Assembly: GCA_964493285.1 (NCBI GenBank)
Contig: CAZBOF010000002.1
Coordinates: forward strand, 6,248 to 70,247
Direction: 5' to 3'
Length of the DNA: 64,000 nucleotides
Source: an uncultured Rhizobacter sp.
GTDB taxonomy: Bacteria > Pseudomonadota > Gammaproteobacteria > Burkholderiales > Burkholderiaceae_C
The notes beneath the pieces are model-generated. The model saw only the letters and a program-made list of their open reading frames with translations, was not told the DNA's origin and ran no database searches. The position numbers were made by a program, and so were the translations under genes. Below, one piece after another: positions 1-8,683 of the stretch. Every line of letters begins with the position of its first letter. Position 1 is the first letter of the stretch.

Positions 1-549
1 GTCGGCCCGGAAGCGCTGTGCCTGCACGGCGGCGCCCAGCTCGACGTTGGTGGCGGCGATGAGCCGCACGTCCAGTGCGATGGGGCGGCGCGACCCGAGC
101 CGCACGACCTGGCGCTCCTGCAGCACGCGCAGCAGCTTGACTTGCAGCGGCAAAGGCAGGTCACCGATCTCGTCGAGGAACAGCGTGCCGCCGTTGGCCG
201 CCTCGAACCAGCCGCTGCGGGCATGCTGGGCGCCGGTGAAGGCGCCGGACTCGTGGCCGAACAGTTCGGCGTCGATGATGCTTTCGTTGAATGCCCCGCA
301 GTTCACGGCCACGAACGGGCCCTTTCGGGCGCTGCCGGCATGGATGCGCCGGGCCACCAGCTCCTTGCCCGTTCCGGTTTCCCCGATGATCAGCACCGTG
401 GCGTCGGTGCGCGCCACCCGCTCTGCCTGGGCCAGCAGCTGGACCGAGCGCGGGTCGTGAAACAGCGGGGTCTTGCCGCGCGTGGCGGGGGCCGCGTCGG
501 CGTCGAGCGTTGTCGGGACGCGCGCGTCGCCGGGATCGAGATCGTGCAT
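1..549 (-). CDS. sigma54-dependent enhancer-binding protein, SfnR-like (5' part; runs off the window edge, not in ORF track)
   Basis: Manual translation from ATG at 549: MHDLDPGD...VLIIGETGTGKELVARRIH...ELFGHESGAFTGA...GGTLFLDEIGD...VKLLRVLQE. Walker A, GAFTGA and Walker B present; no N-terminal receiver domain. Confidence 0.93.
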   Translation of the reverse strand, partial: MHDLDPGDARVPTTLDADAAPATRGKTPLFHDPRSVQLLAQAERVARTDATVLIIGETGTGKELVARRIHAGSARKGPFVAVNCGAFNESIIDAELFGHESGAFTGAQHARSGWFEAANGGTLFLDEIGDLPLPLQVKLLRVLQERQVVRLGSRRPIALDVRLIAATNVELGAAVQAQRFRAD

Positions 550-710
550 GGCTGGAGTCGTGACTCGGGCTGGGCTGCCGTCGCAGTGATCGGCCCACGA
601 TAGGCCTGGAGCCCCAGTACCGTCAAAGAACGATTCCGGCTTTGCAAGTTCGATTACTCAACAAGCCGCTGCGCATCCAAGGCGATGCCGAATGAGTCCC
701 CGCGAGGGAT

Positions 711-1814
711 TCAGCCAACGTCGCCCTCAAGCCGAACGCGCGGCAGAACCTGTTCGCCGACGACTCGCGCCTCTTCCAGATTGGGGTAGCCGGACAGCAC
801 GAACGACGTGAAGCCGAGCGCCGCATACTCTTCAATGCGTTTGGCCACCTGATCGTACGAACCGACCAGCGCGGTGCCGGCGCCGCCGCGCACCAGCCCC
901 ACGCCGGACCACACGTTCGGGTACACCTCGAGCGCGCGCGCGTCGGCGACCAGGCGCCCGCCGTGCAATGCGCGCATGCGCGCCTGGCCGACGGATTCCG
1001 CCGCCGCCAGCTGTTGCTGCGCCACCTCGACGAGCGCGGGCGGGATGCCGTCCAGCAGCCGCTGCGCTTCCTGCCAGGCCTGGGTTTCGGTCGCCCGGGC
1101 GATCACGTGGATGCGAAGGGCGAAGCCCAGTGTGCGGCCCGCTTCGGCGGCACGCTGGCGCATGCGGGCCAGCCGCGGCGCCACCATGGGCGGGGGCTCG
1201 CCCCACAGGGTGTGCAGGTCGGCATGCCGCGCCACGAGCGGCTCGGAGCCTTCGCAGGCGCCGCCAATGTGGATGGGAGGCGGCGTCACCGCATCCTCCG
1301 GGGCTGGCGGGGCGCCGATGAGGTAGTGCGGCCCCGCATGCTCCAGCGCCTGGCCCGCCCACAGGGCGCGGGCGATGGTGAAGAACTCGATGGCGCGTTC
1401 GTAGCGTTGCGGCCGGGGCACGAAGTCGCCCAGCGCGCGCAGCTCCGGGCTCTCGCCCACGCTGATCATGTTGAGGATCAGGCGCCCGCCGCTGAGCTTC
1501 TGCAGCGTGGCCGCCTTGCGCGCGAAATGGGCGGGCAGCTCGGTGCCGGGCCGGAAGGTCACCATCAGCTTGAGGCGCTGCGTGTCCGCGGCCAGGCTGG
1601 CGGCCAGCAGCCACGGATCGACCGCGTTGGTGTTGAGCGGCAGCATCGCGCCATCGAACCCCGCCTGCTCGGCGGTGCAGGCGACGAGGCGCAGGTAGTC
1701 GGGGTCGATGGTGCGGGCATGGATGCGGCCGCTGCGCACGCTGCGCGCGCCGCTGTGGACGAGCTGATGCCCATCGCCGCTGCTGGGAAGGAACCAGTGG
1801 AACTCGGGCCTCAT
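711..1814 (-). CDS. LLM-class flavin-dependent monooxygenase, SsuD/MsuD-like
   Basis: MRPEFHWFLPSSGDG...AEQAGFDGAMLP...WGEPP...ESVGQARM...LEVYPNVWSGVGLVRGGAGTALVGS...SGYPNLEEA. Start overlaps the upstream stop (ATGA at 1814-1811). Confidence 0.9.
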   Translation of the reverse strand: MRPEFHWFLPSSGDGHQLVHSGARSVRSGRIHARTIDPDYLRLVACTAEQAGFDGAMLPLNTNAVDPWLLAASLAADTQRLKLMVTFRPGTELPAHFARKAATLQKLSGGRLILNMISVGESPELRALGDFVPRPQRYERAIEFFTIARALWAGQALEHAGPHYLIGAPPAPEDAVTPPPIHIGGACEGSEPLVARHADLHTLWGEPPPMVAPRLARMRQRAAEAGRTLGFALRIHVIARATETQAWQEAQRLLDGIPPALVEVAQQQLAAAESVGQARMRALHGGRLVADARALEVYPNVWSGVGLVRGGAGTALVGSYDQVAKRIEEYAALGFTSFVLSGYPNLEEARVVGEQVLPRVRLEGDVG

Positions 1815-2830
1815 CGCGTGGCGCTCCCCTCGATGGCGGGCCGCAGCAGCGGCAGCACTTCTTCGCTGATGCGCAGCGCATCCTCCAGGCCGCTGGGCGC
1901 GGAGAACAGAAAGCTGTCCACCCCCAGTGCCTGTGCCTCGTGGATTCGCTCGGCGATCTGCGCGTACGACCCGACCCAGCCGGTGCCGCTGCTGGCGCCC
2001 GGATCGCCGCGCAACCAACGCGCGCCGCTCCACAGGCCCGGCGAGATTTCGAGGGACCGTGCCGGCGGGCTGGCGGGAGATGCCTGCGCCAGCAGGCGCG
2101 CGGCTTCGGCCCATGCCCTCTCTTGTGTCGGGCGCGCGATCAGGTGCACGCGGCAGCCGATGCGCAGCGTGCGCCCGGCCGAGGCCGCGTCATCGCGCAG
2201 CCGAAGAATGCGCTCGCGCAGCGCCTGCGGCGGCTCGGCCCACGGGTAGTACACATCGGCATGCACGGCGGCGACGCGCTCCCAGGTGCGCGACGCGCCC
2301 CCGAGGTAGAGCGGGGGCGCCTGGCGCAGCGGCCTGTGCAAGCCGCCTTCGTCGATGCGGTAGTGGCGCCCGCGGTGCTGGAAGCCCTGCCCGGCGGGGC
2401 GTCCCTTCCACACTTGCTTGACGATGCCCAGGAACTCGGCGGCGCGTTCGTAGCGGTCGTCGTGATTGATCGGGTCGCCGTACGCCAGATGCTGCGTCGG
2501 GCCGCCGCCCGTGACCACGTTGAGCAGCAAGCGCTGGTTGCTGAGCTGCTGCAGGCTGGCCGCGCTTTCCGCGGCCACCGCGGGCAGCACGAAGCCCGGC
2601 CGCAGAGCGACCAGGAACTTGAGCCGGGTGGTCTGGCGCGCCAGCGCCGCGGCCACCAGCCACGCGTCCGGCCGGTAGGAGCCAGTGGGAATCATCAAGG
2701 CATGGAACCCGGCGTACTCCACCGCGCGCGCCAGATTGGCCCAATGGGCGGGGGCGCGGGTCGGGTCCTGCGGCTCGCGGCCCCGCGCATCGCCTTCCGT
2801 GGGCAGGTACCAGTTGAACTCGGCCGTCAT
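1811..2830 (-). CDS. LLM-class flavin-dependent monooxygenase, SsuD-like paralog (shortened loop)
   Basis: MTAEFNWYLPTEGD...VEYAGFHALMIPTG...LKFLVALRPG...LLNVVTGG...RYERAAEFL. Confidence 0.88.
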   Translation of the reverse strand: MTAEFNWYLPTEGDARGREPQDPTRAPAHWANLARAVEYAGFHALMIPTGSYRPDAWLVAAALARQTTRLKFLVALRPGFVLPAVAAESAASLQQLSNQRLLLNVVTGGGPTQHLAYGDPINHDDRYERAAEFLGIVKQVWKGRPAGQGFQHRGRHYRIDEGGLHRPLRQAPPLYLGGASRTWERVAAVHADVYYPWAEPPQALRERILRLRDDAASAGRTLRIGCRVHLIARPTQERAWAEAARLLAQASPASPPARSLEISPGLWSGARWLRGDPGASSGTGWVGSYAQIAERIHEAQALGVDSFLFSAPSGLEDALRISEEVLPLLRPAIEGSATR

Positions 2831-2833
2831 GCC

Positions 2834-3658
2834 TCACCACGTGAAGTGCCATGCGGCGTGGCGCGGCGTGTCGGCGGGCGTCGCGATGCGCACGCTGGGG
2901 CGAGGCGATTCGCCGAACTCCCCCAGCACGTCGTCCTTGATCAGTGCGAACTCGGCCGTCCCCCGGTCTCGAGGGCGCGGCAGGTTCACGTCGACGATGC
3001 GGCGGATGCGACCCGGCCGCGGTTGCATCACCACCACGCGGTCGCCCAGGTAGACCGCCTCCTCGACATCGTGGGTGACGAGGATCGCGGTGATGCCCTC
3101 CGCCTGCCAGATGCGCTGCAGCTCCTGCTGCAGATAGCTCCGCGTCAAGGCGTCGAGCGCGCCGAACGGTTCGTCGAGCAAGAGCACCTGCGGGCGGTTG
3201 ACCAGCGCACGCGCGATCGCCACGCGCTGGGCCATGCCGCCGGAAAGCTGGTGCGGATAAGCGGTCTCGAACCCTTTCAGGCCCACCAGTTCGATGTGCT
3301 CCTGCACCGACTTGCGCTTGCTCGCCTCGCTGCCCGGCGCGTTCAACAGGCTCACGCCGATGTTCTGCGTCACGGTGAGCCAGGGGAACAGGCGATGTTC
3401 CTGGAAGACGATGCCGCGGTCGAGGCTGGTGCCGACGATGCGTTGCCCGTCGAGCAGGATCTCGCCCCGGTAGTCGGCCTCCAGGCCGATGACCAGGCGC
3501 AGCAGCGTGGACTTGCCGCAGCCGCTGGTGCCGACGATGCTGACGAACTCGCCGGGCTGGATCGTCAGCGAGATGTCTTCCAGCACCGGCAGCGGCTCGC
3601 CTTTCACTTCGTACTGCTTGCTCAGGTCTTTGATTTCAAGTGTGGCGGCGTGGGCCAT
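2834..3658 (-). CDS. ABC importer ATP-binding subunit, SsuB/TauB-like
   Basis: [55 protein letters not shown] at 3658. Confidence 0.93.
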   Translation of the reverse strand: MAHAATLEIKDLSKQYEVKGEPLPVLEDISLTIQPGEFVSIVGTSGCGKSTLLRLVIGLEADYRGEILLDGQRIVGTSLDRGIVFQEHRLFPWLTVTQNIGVSLLNAPGSEASKRKSVQEHIELVGLKGFETAYPHQLSGGMAQRVAIARALVNRPQVLLLDEPFGALDALTRSYLQQELQRIWQAEGITAILVTHDVEEAVYLGDRVVVMQPRPGRIRRIVDVNLPRPRDRGTAEFALIKDDVLGEFGESPRPSVRIATPADTPRHAAWHFTW

Positions 3659-3720
3659 GAGAACGGGTCCTTCTAGAGTGGATCGGATGCATCGGCGAAT
3701 CGCGTGTTGCGGGGGATGGA

Positions 3721-5016
3721 TCAGGGGGCCGCGGGCCGGCTGCGCAGCGCCGCCACCCGCCACAGCTGGCGCGTGAGCTGCACGCCGTAGACGACGGCGA
3801 GCGCCTGGAACCCGGCGAGCAGCCCGAAGCGCTGGCCGATCACGCCGCCCAGCACCGCCCCGGTCAGGCTGCCGGCCGGGCCGGCGAACGAGGACAGCCC
3901 CCCGACGATGCCGCGCCCGAGTTCGGCCATCAGCAGACTGAACTGGGTGACGCTGGTGAGATGCTGGACACCCAGGCCCACGCCCAGCAGCGCGGCCGCC
4001 GCCCACAGCCAGGCCGCCGATCCGGGCGCGCACAGCAGCAGTTCGTGCCCCAGCAGCAGGCCAAAGGCCAGCAGGTACCGCCAGTCCTCGCGCCAACGCG
4101 AAAGCACGCTGCCGCCGATGAAGAGCGTGAACACGAACAAGGCGCCCTGCAAGGTGACGAGCGCCGCGGCCTCTTGCACGCTCATGCCGAACTCGCGGAT
4201 GCCCACCAGCACGATGAACACCGTGAAATAGGCCATCACCATCTGGCCGCAGAACTCGATGCCCATCGTGCGGCGCAGTGCAGGGCGCGCGGCCACCAGC
4301 CGCCATTGGGATTTCAGCCGCGGCCACAGCCGGGGAGCCGAGTCGCCGCGGCCGCCCGGCGTGGCCGAGAGCACGCGGTTGCCGATGAGCAGCGACAGCA
4401 GCAGGCCAGCCGACACCAGCACGAAGGTCGACGAGAAGCCGAACAGGCTCAGCAGCAACGCGCCCAGCGACGGGCCGATGAAGAACATGCCCATCGTGTG
4501 CGCCGCGCGGTTCCAGCCCGCCTTGGCCGGCCCGAGTTGCGGCAGCAGGTGCAAGAACTCGGTTTGTGTGGGGACCATGCGAAACGGATTGCACAGGCCG
4601 AGCAACGCCACGCAGGCAATCAGCTGCCAGGCCGTGTCGACCCGCGTCAGCACGAGCAGGTACAGCAGCGCGCAGGCCAGTGCGCCGAAGCGAAAGAGGG
4701 GGCGGCTGCCGTGGCGGTCGATCCAGGCGCCCAGCGGCAGCGACATCAGCAGCATGCCGGCGAACTGGAGGCCGCCCACCAGCCCGATCTGCCACGCCGC
4801 CGCGGACAGGGATGCCGCGTACAGCGGCAGGCACACCTTGGCGATGCCGTTCGACGTGCCCACCAGCACGCCGAGTGCCATGAAGCTGCCGAGGACGTGC
4901 CTGTGCCCGCTGCCGGGCCCGGGCGACAACGGCATGCGGTTGTCGCCCGGGCCCGGGTTGGATGGTCGAGGTGCGTCGTCAGTGGCGCGAAGCACGGCGG
5001 ATCGGAAGGCGGTCAT
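3721..5016 (-). CDS. MFS transporter (start uncertain: 5016 or 4935)
   Basis: About 12 hydrophobic segments; motif-A-like [10 protein letters not shown]. Confidence 0.85.
   Translation of the reverse strand: MTAFRSAVLRATDDAPRPSNPGPGDNRMPLSPGPGSGHRHVLGSFMALGVLVGTSNGIAKVCLPLYAASLSAAAWQIGLVGGLQFAGMLLMSLPLGAWIDRHGSRPLFRFGALACALLYLLVLTRVDTAWQLIACVALLGLCNPFRMVPTQTEFLHLLPQLGPAKAGWNRAAHTMGMFFIGPSLGALLLSLFGFSSTFVLVSAGLLLSLLIGNRVLSATPGGRGDSAPRLWPRLKSQWRLVAARPALRRTMGIEFCGQMVMAYFTVFIVLVGIREFGMSVQEAAALVTLQGALFVFTLFIGGSVLSRWREDWRYLLAFGLLLGHELLLCAPGSAAWLWAAAALLGVGLGVQHLTSVTQFSLLMAELGRGIVGGLSSFAGPAGSLTGAVLGGVIGQRFGLLAGFQALAVVYGVQLTRQLWRVAALRSRPAAP
4913..4956. repeat. perfect 18-bp inverted repeat with 8-nt loop
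   Basis: CCGGGCCCGGGCGACAAC-GGCATGCG-GTTGTCGCCCGGGCCCGG. Confidence 0.9.
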
Positions 5017-5075
5017 GAAGTCGTTGCAATGGGGGAATCGACGAGAAGCGAGGCACTGGCCGGGAGACCGCAGGC

Positions 5076-5090
5076 GCAAGCTCCGTGCCA
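5076..5090 (-). promoter_or_regulatory. sigma54 -24/-12 promoter for the MFS-ATPase-LLM-LLM operon
   Basis: Minus strand reads TGGCACGGAGCTTGC, an exact TGGCAC-N5-TTGC consensus. Confidence 0.85.
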
Positions 5091-5171
5091 CGCCCTGCGC
5101 ATCGCGCGGCCACATGGGCTGCGCATCGAAGACGGGGTGTTGATGCGGGCGATCTGCCCCGGGCGCAGCAG

Positions 5172-5311
5172 TGTTGCTGCATCTGCAGCAATCGGTGTGG
5201 TGTTGTGCGTTCACCCGCGCCGCGACGCGATGTTGCAGGCGCAGCGCTTGCGCCGCGATGTTGCTGCAAGCGCAACAGATTCGCCGCCGGATTGCTGCGC
5301 ATGAAGCAGCA
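5172..5311. promoter_or_regulatory. three TGYTGC-N7-GCARCA palindromes, putative enhancer (UAS) sites
   Basis: 5172-5190 TGTTGC-TGCATCT-GCAGCA; 5259-5277 TGTTGC-TGCAAGC-GCAACA; 5293-5311 TGCTGC-GCATGAA-GCAGCA; located between divergent sigma54 promoters. Confidence 0.7.
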
Positions 5312-5329
5312 CCGACCGGGTCTCGGTGC

Positions 5330-5344
5330 TGGCACGTTGCGTGC
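5330..5344 (+). promoter_or_regulatory. sigma54 -24/-12 promoter for the amidohydrolase-porin-ABC operon
   Basis: TGGCACGTTGCGTGC (GG-N10-GC), about 70 bp upstream of ATG 5412. Confidence 0.78.
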
Positions 5345-5411
5345 GATAGGCAAGACAGGCAAGGCGGTGGTCGAGGCAAGGACCGTCGCCCTCATCAACA
5401 AGGAGAACCCC

Positions 5412-6920
5412 ATGAATGATCGCGTCGAACCCGCACAACTTTCGCGCTCGGCTGCTGTGAAGGCCAAGTTGGACTACCCGGTCATCGACACGGATGTGCA
5501 CACCATCGACTACACGCCCCTGCTCGAAGACTACGTGGCGAAGTACGGTGGCGTGAAGCTGGTCGATCAGTTCCGCAGCAAGGGCGGGCGGCGCGGGGGC
5601 AAGAGCTGGTACGAGCAGACGCCCGAGGAGCGCCAGTACTTCCGCAGCATCCGCTCGCCGTGGTGGGGCCGCGTGACCCGCAACACGCTCGACCTCGCCA
5701 CCTATGCCATCCCCGAGCTGCTGTACCAGCGCCAGGAAGAGTACGGGAGCGACTACTCGGTGCTGTTTCCCAATGGCGTGCTGGCCGCGGGTGCGGTCAA
5801 GGATTCCGACGCCCGCCGGGCACTGGGCCGCGCCATCAACCACTACCACGCGGACACTTTCCGCAAGTACGCCGACCGCCTCACGCCGGTGGCCGGCATC
5901 TCGCTGCACACGCCGCAAGAGGGCGCCGAGGAGGTGGCCTTCGCCATCAACGAACTCGGGCTGAAGGTCATCAACATCAGCGGTGCGGTGCGCCGCCCCA
6001 TCAAGGCCGTGGCCGACAAGTACCCGCCGCAACACCATCCCGAGGTGGCGAAGCACGCCTCGTGGCTCGATTTCTACGGCCTGGACAGCGAGTACGACTA
6101 CGACCCGTTCTGGGCCAAGGTGGTGGAGCTGGGCGTGCCCATCACCACGCACTTCGGCAGCCAGGGCTGGACCGGCCGCGCCTCCATCAGCAACTACATG
6201 AACAACCACATCGGCCACTTCGCCGATGCGTCCGAAGCGTTTGCACGATCCCTCTTCTTCGGCGGCGTGACGCATCGCTTCCCCCAGCTGCGCGTGGCCA
6301 TGCTGGAGGCGGGTGCCGCCTGGGGCGCGTCGGTCTACATCCACCTGGTCGACCGCTGGAGCAAGCGCAGCCCCGAAGCCCTGGAGAACTACAACTTCGA
6401 GCACCTCGACCGCGCCCGATTGACGGAGCTGTTCCAGCGCCACGGCCAGGACCTGACGCGCAACGTCGGCCTGCTCGATCCGGAAGCGCTGGCCGATTCG
6501 ACCCAGCAGTCCGCCGGCTCCAACCACCGCGCCAAGCCCAAGCCCGACGAGTTCAACGAGTTCGGCAAGGCCGGCATCACGAGCGTGGAGGACATCAAGT
6601 CCCGCTGGGTGGACAACTTCTTCTTCGGCTCCGAATCCGACGACCGCACGCTGCACGCGGCCTTCAACACGCGCGCCAACCCGCTCGGCGTCAAGGTCAA
6701 CGCGATCTATTCGTCCGACGTCGGCCACTGGGACGTGCCCGAGTTCACCGACCCGCTCGCCGACAGCTGGAGCCTGGTGGAAGACGGCGTGATTTCGGCC
6801 GAGGACTTCAAGTCCTTCGTGTTCGACAACCCCTACAAGTTCTACACCGAGGCGAACGCCGATTTCTTCAAGGGCACGGCCGTCGAGGCCAAGCTCAAGC
6901 GGCAGGCCGGCGCGGCCTGA
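5412..6920 (+). CDS. amidohydrolase family protein (Amidohydro_2-like, 502 aa)
   Basis: RBS AGGAG at 5401; VIDTDVH, YDPFWAKVVELGVPITTH, RFPQLRVAMLEAG, YSSDVGHWD. Confidence 0.88.
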   Translation: MNDRVEPAQLSRSAAVKAKLDYPVIDTDVHTIDYTPLLEDYVAKYGGVKLVDQFRSKGGRRGGKSWYEQTPEERQYFRSIRSPWWGRVTRNTLDLATYAIPELLYQRQEEYGSDYSVLFPNGVLAAGAVKDSDARRALGRAINHYHADTFRKYADRLTPVAGISLHTPQEGAEEVAFAINELGLKVINISGAVRRPIKAVADKYPPQHHPEVAKHASWLDFYGLDSEYDYDPFWAKVVELGVPITTHFGSQGWTGRASISNYMNNHIGHFADASEAFARSLFFGGVTHRFPQLRVAMLEAGAAWGASVYIHLVDRWSKRSPEALENYNFEHLDRARLTELFQRHGQDLTRNVGLLDPEALADSTQQSAGSNHRAKPKPDEFNEFGKAGITSVEDIKSRWVDNFFFGSESDDRTLHAAFNTRANPLGVKVNAIYSSDVGHWDVPEFTDPLADSWSLVEDGVISAEDFKSFVFDNPYKFYTEANADFFKGTAVEAKLKRQAGAA

Positions 6921-6963
6921 GGCCCGGTCTTTCCATTCATCTCAATCATTCAAAGGAATCCCC

Positions 6964-8052
6964 ATGAGTGCCGTATTGGAGAAGACCGTTGCGCCGCAGA
7001 CCGCGATCAAGGAACTGATCATCTCGGCCGATTCGCATGTCAACGAGCCCCACGACCTGTGGGAGAAGAACCTCCCCGCACGTTTTCAGGCGCAGGCGCC
7101 CGCCTTCCCCCAGCTGCGCGGCAGCCTGGACGGCGGCTACCTCGGCAGCAAGCGCATCGCCGAGATGGCGCAAGACAGCGTCAGCGCTGAAGTGCTGTAC
7201 CCCTCGCGAACCGCCGGCCTGTACGCGCTGACCGACCCCGCGCTGCAGGAGGCCGCGTTCCGTGTGTACAACGAGTGGATCCGCGACTACATCGGCGACA
7301 ACACCGACCGCCTGGTCGGCATCCCGTCCATCTCGGTCTACAACATTGACAACGCGGTCAAGGAACTCGAGCGGGCCCATGCGCACGGCCTGCGCGGCGG
7401 GCCGCAGATCTGGGCGGCGCCGCCGGTCGATCTGCCGTTCTCGTCACCGCACTACGAGCCCCTGTGGGAAGCGGCCGAAGCGCTGGGCGTGCCGGTCAAC
7501 CTGCACGTCAACACGGGCCCGACGCACAACCGCTACGGGCGGGAAGGGCAGGGCCCCACCGAGTCCTTCCGCAACCGGGTGCAGCTGCGCACGCTCGACG
7601 GCGCCGACGCCATCTTCGACCTGATCTTCTACGGCGTTCTTCACCGCCACCCCAAGCTCAAGTTCGTGCTGGCCGAGCACCAGATCGGCTGGGTGCGCTT
7701 CTACCTCGAACAGTGGGACTGGTTCGCCACCGGACAAGGCCAGAAGGCCGGACGGGCGCCGCACGAGCTGCCCTTCGAGGGCCTGCCGAGCGACTACTAC
7801 TACCGCCAGATCTACAGCACGTTCTTCAGCGACGAAGCCGGCGGGCAGCAGCTCACCACGTGGGAGCGTGCGCACGACAACACGCTGTGGATCAGCGACT
7901 TCCCGCACGCGAACACCTCCTGGCCGCACTCGCTGCGCCAGATCGAGCGGGACATCGGCCACCTGCCCGAGAAGGCGCGCGCCAAGCTGCTGCGCGACAA
8001 CGCCACGCAGCTGTACCCCGACCTCGCGGGCTTGTCGCCCTTGTCGCCATGA
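6964..8052 (+). CDS. amidohydrolase family protein (Amidohydro_2)
   Basis: IISADSHVNEP, YEPLWEAAEALGVPVNLH, HPKLKFVLAE, WISDFPH. Confidence 0.9.
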   Translation: MSAVLEKTVAPQTAIKELIISADSHVNEPHDLWEKNLPARFQAQAPAFPQLRGSLDGGYLGSKRIAEMAQDSVSAEVLYPSRTAGLYALTDPALQEAAFRVYNEWIRDYIGDNTDRLVGIPSISVYNIDNAVKELERAHAHGLRGGPQIWAAPPVDLPFSSPHYEPLWEAAEALGVPVNLHVNTGPTHNRYGREGQGPTESFRNRVQLRTLDGADAIFDLIFYGVLHRHPKLKFVLAEHQIGWVRFYLEQWDWFATGQGQKAGRAPHELPFEGLPSDYYYRQIYSTFFSDEAGGQQLTTWERAHDNTLWISDFPHANTSWPHSLRQIERDIGHLPEKARAKLLRDNATQLYPDLAGLSPLSP

Positions 8053-8636
8053 GCGGTTCCCGTTCAGCGCAGCACGACATCGAGCCGCTGTTCGTCACGC
8101 GTTGGTCGACGCGTGCCTTCACTGGCGAGCCGATCGCGCAGACCACGCTCGACCGCTTGTTCGAGGCGGCGCGGTGGGCGCCTTCGGGCGGCAACGCGCA
8201 GCCATGGCGGTTCATCTACGCGCGGCGCGACGGCGAGGGGTGGGCGCCGCTGCTGGGCACGCTGAACCCGGGCAACCAGCGCTGGGCGGCGAACGCCTCG
8301 GCCCTGGTGCTGCTGGTGTCGTCGCGGTGGCGCGAAAGCGATGACGGGCGCCGCTCTTCGCGCTCGCACGCGTTCGATGCCGGCGCCGCGTGGAGCAACT
8401 TCGCCCACCAGGCCCACGCGCTCGGCTGGAGCACGCGCGCCATGGGCGGCTTCGACCGCGACGCTGCGCGAGCGCTGCTGCACGTGCCCGACGACTACGA
8501 GCTGCAGGTCGTGATCGCCCTGGGCCGGCCCGGCACCGCCGCGTCGCTGCCCGAAGACCTCCAGGCCAAGAACCAGCCCAGCGACCGCCTGCCTGTTTCG
8601 GCGGTGTCTGCGGAAGGCCGCTTTGCATTCCCCTGA
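8049..8636 (+). CDS. nitroreductase family protein
   Basis: RWSTRAF, EAARWAPSGGNAQPWRF, FDAGAAW, AMGGFD; ATGA overlap with upstream stop. Confidence 0.92.
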   Translation: MSGSRSAQHDIEPLFVTRWSTRAFTGEPIAQTTLDRLFEAARWAPSGGNAQPWRFIYARRDGEGWAPLLGTLNPGNQRWAANASALVLLVSSRWRESDDGRRSSRSHAFDAGAAWSNFAHQAHALGWSTRAMGGFDRDAARALLHVPDDYELQVVIALGRPGTAASLPEDLQAKNQPSDRLPVSAVSAEGRFAFP

Positions 8637-8658
8637 GCACGGGGCCGGTCCCGTGCTC
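8635..8658 (+). other. intergenic 9-bp hairpin upstream of the porin gene
   Basis: GAGCACGGG-GCCGGT-CCCGTGCTC; no clear U-tract. Confidence 0.5.
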
Positions 8659-8683
8659 GCCATTTGATGTTCAGGAGTTTCGA

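Noticed and set aside
1940..3676. Long antisense or alternate-frame ORFs (e.g. 1940-3676 +, 12865-14724 -, 54772-57012 -, upstream part of 58215-60245 -)
   Set aside because: Shadow ORFs typical of high-GC DNA; they overlap well-supported genes and lack motifs.
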